Positions 60,850 through 64,000 of a stretch of 64,000 nucleotides of DNA are shown here, piece by piece; the first letter of the stretch is position 1, and every line of letters begins with the position of its first letter. Source of the DNA: Mobula hypostoma. Its lineage: Eukaryota. The DNA lies in NCBI RefSeq assembly GCF_963921235.1, contig NC_086108.1:26040001-26104000 (forward strand). The letters run 5' to 3'. A program made the translations under genes and the position numbers. The notes under the pieces were generated by a model. It searched no databases, was not told the origin of the DNA, and saw nothing but the letters and a program-made list of their open reading frames with translations.

Positions 60850-62850
60850 TACATTTTAGGTAATCTGATCATCTGGCTGTCCTGCTCTGATCTTCATACA
60901 GGCAGAGGCTACAGAGAAAGGGCCCAGAAGTAAGGAAAATGAAAAGGTAGTCATGGAAGGCAGAGCAGCAGCTAAAGAACTGCTCCAAGTCGAAGAACTC
61001 ATGAGAGGATATGGCGATCACAGACTTTATAAAGTCAGTTTTGGACAAGTGTGTCCAACAAAATCATTTAGAGTTTTCCCCAACAAAAAGCTATGTATGA
61101 CACAAGAAATCCAGATCAATGGTGTTCAAGTCTGGCAACCAAGTAAAAATGAGGTCCAGGTACGACCTCCAGAAAGCCATCTCACGTGCGAATTGTCAAT
61201 TCCAGACAAACTGATATCACAGAAGGATGCTCGACAGCTGTGCAGGGCTTGAATGATAACACCCCCTACAAAGTGAAACTAGGTGACATATTTGACGACA
61301 AGGTTTCACTCCCAAAAGAGCTCAATACCTTTTTGTTTGTTTTGACAAAAAATGCAGATATCTTCACAAACTAACACAGCCCTGATGACCCTGTGATTTC
61401 AGTCTCTCGGGCTAATGTGACAGCATCCTTCAAGAGTGCTAACCCATGTAAAGCTTCTAGTCCAGATGGCATACCTGACAGTACTGAAGGTCTATGCTGA
61501 TCAACTGACTGGAGAATTCACCCATATCTTTAATTTCTTACTTCGACAGTCTGATGTACTGACCTGCTTCGAACAGGCTTCAATTCTACCAGTGCCCAAG
61601 AAGACCATGGTAACCTGCCTCAATGATTATCATCCAGTAGCACTTACATCCACTGTGATGAAGTGCTTTGAGAGGTTGGTGACGAAACATATCAACTCTT
61701 CCCTGAGGAGTGAATTGAACCCGTTTCAATTTGCCTACCGGAGCAACAGGTCCACAGCAGATGCCATCTCATTGGCTCTTCCCTCAACCCTGGAACATCT
61801 GGACAATAAAGATGAATACATCAGGATATGCTTCGTTAACTATTCAATACTATCATCCCCTCAAAATTAATCAATAAGCTCCAAGACCTAGGCCTCAACT
61901 TCATTTTGTACAACTGGATCCTCGATTTCCTCACTTACAGGCCTGAGTCAGTTCAAATTGGCAACAACATCATCTCCACAATCTTCATCAGCATAGGTGC
62001 ACCACAAGGCTGTGTACTTATGCACCTGTTCTACTTGCTTTACACTTATGACCATGAGGTTAAGTACAGTTTCAATGCCATAGTTAAGTTGGTCGATTAC
62101 ACCACTATTGGTGGTCAAATCAAACATGATGCCAAATCAGTATATAGGAGGCAGATTGAAAATCTTGTTGAATACTACCACAACAACAACTCTTCACTCA
62201 ATACCAGCAACACCAAGGAGCTGATTGTTGACCACAAAAGGAGGAAATCAGAGGTCAATGAGACGGTCCTCATCGAGGGAATCACAGGTGGAGAGGGTCA
62301 GCAACTTTAAATTCCTCAATGTTATAACCTCAGAGGGTCTGTCCTAGGTCAAGCACAGACTATAAGTGCCATTACAAAGAAAGCGTGTCAGTACCTCTAC
62401 TTTCTTAGAAGTTTGCAAAAATTCAATATGTTATCTAAAACTTTGACAAACTTCTACAGATGTGTGCTGCAGAGAATGCTGACTAGTGGTAGTACTTCCT
62501 GGTGTGGAAACACCAATGACCTTAAATGAAAAAGCCGCCAAAAAATAATCGATACAGTCCAGTCCATCACAGGTAAAACTCTTCACACCGTTGAGCACAT
62601 CTGCATGGTTCAGGAACAGCTATTACCCCTCAGCCGTCAGGCTCTTGAACCAGAGGGGATAACATCATGCAACTTCACTCACCTCAACACTGGACTGTTC
62701 CCACAACCTATGGAGTCATTTCAAGGATTCCTCACCTCATGTTCTCAATATTATTACATTTTTATTTATTATATTTATTATTTTATTTGTGCTTTTCTTG
62801 TATTTTTGCACAGTTTTGCACATGGATTGTTTGGTCTTCTTGTCCGTGGT
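60850..62850 (+). mobile_element. Degraded Rex1/Babar LINE (EN end, RT, 3'UTR)
   Basis: [58 protein letters not shown]; internal deletion near 62605. Confidence 0.9.
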
Positions 62851-62864
62851 TTTTAATTTTTAAT

Positions 62865-63020
62865 TTTTTCATTTACTGAGATATAGCCCGGAATAGGCCT
62901 TTCTGGCGTAAGAGCCGCACTACCCAGCAACCCTCTAATTTAATGCTAGTCCAATCACGGGGCAATTTACAATGACCAATTAACCTACAGTCTTTGGACT
63001 GTGGGAGGAGACCCCATGAC
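62865..63020 (-). mobile_element. HE1-like SINE 3' part
   Basis: caatttacaatgaccaattaacctac..gtctttggactgtgggagg. Confidence 0.8.
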
Positions 63021-63464
63021 TACACAAACATCCTAAATTTTAACCATGTTTGATCTTCCAAGAAACATAACCCATTGAATAATGCAGAATAGACGTTGCC
63101 AGATCACTTCACTTTGCAAAGCTTTGCCTCCAGCTTCAAGCTGATAAGAACTGGAGACTGGTTCTTATAACAGAAACAAATAGAGTAAAGAATATTTGTT
63201 AAAGGTTTAGCTTCATTACCAGCAACTCTGACCCTTTGTAAAGGCTATTCAATTATGTTGGAAAGCTGGGGTTAGCAGTAATCCTCTCAGCCCTGGAAAA
63301 TGAATACCCATCACAAGATATCATGTTTTTTCAACATTGTACTTCAGTAGTAGTTTGGAACTGAGAAGACAATCTTTACTTTTAAATGCTTCTGTCGCTA
63401 TATTAAACAAAGCACTTAATTAACCATCTGTACAGCCTCATCATGCCGAAAGTCATTAACCCAA

Positions 63465-63700
63465 AGAGTTTGTACATTCTCCTTGTAGCTGTTGCTGTTT
63501 CATCCAGGTACTTCAGATATACTCTCAAAGATACGTAGGTTAAAAGTTTAAATGGTCACTGTAAACTGCCCTCGTCTCTTATTGAGTCTCAGAATCTGGG
63601 GGCATTTGATGGGGAGAATAAAATGAGCTGAGTGTGGGAGGATGCTTGATAGCCGGTGTGGGCTCAAAGGGCTGAAGAACATGTTTCCATGTTGTATGGC
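63465..63700 (+). mobile_element. Decayed HE1-like SINE
   Basis: gagtttgtacattctcc..gtaaactgccc..gggctcaaagggctgaag. Confidence 0.6.
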
Positions 63701-63786
63701 ATTCCGTGTTGTATGCTTCATTCAGGTCAGCTAAATGTCTTATAGAGGAAAATATCACCTGCCACTATCTTGGTCAATTAGAAGCA

Positions 63787-64000
63787 TTTTATTTATTTAC
63801 GGAGATATAGTGTTGAACTGGCCCTTCCTGCCTTTCGAACCGTGCTGCCCAGCAATCCTCCAATTTAATTCCAGCCCAATCCCAAGACAATTTACAATTC
63901 CCAATTAACTTACTAACTGGTGCGTCTTTGAACTGGGGGAGGAAACCGGAGCACCTGGAGGAAACCCACATGATCACAGGGAGAAGATACAAGCTCCTTA
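63787..64000 (-). mobile_element. HE1-like SINE (runs off the window)
   Basis: ggaggaaaccggagcacctggaggaaacccacatgatcacagggagaag; (AAAT) tail. Confidence 0.88.

Noticed and set aside
1..64000. Prokaryotic systems (CRISPR, operons, rRNA, phage)
   Set aside because: No such signatures; the content is vertebrate retroelement DNA

Overview
Eukaryotic, very repeat-rich window. It is probably intronic or intergenic DNA of a cartilaginous fish; this is inferred from the HE1-like tRNA/V-type SINEs and the CR1, Rex1/Babar and Penelope mix. Most recognisable sequence is transposon: CR1 LINEs of many ages (one with an uninterrupted 1010-aa ORF2 at 55902-58934), Rex1/Babar LINEs and non-coding elements with Rex-type tails, Penelope-like elements (GIY-YIG), three Ty3/Gypsy relics (one a chromovirus), a HERO-like REL-endonuclease non-LTR fragment, two SINE families and a tiny hAT/Charlie-type MITE. 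Many insertions are nested. No host gene could be named; only a few weak minus-strand exon candidates were seen. Two signals stand out. First, a U_UUA_AAC slippery heptamer sits in the CR1 ORF1/ORF2 overlap, ahead of an ORF2 with no AUG until codon 211, suggesting a -1 ribosomal frameshift. Second, minimal hammerhead ribozyme motifs lacking helix III recur in the Penelope termini. Boundaries of old repeats are approximate, and all calls are by eye.
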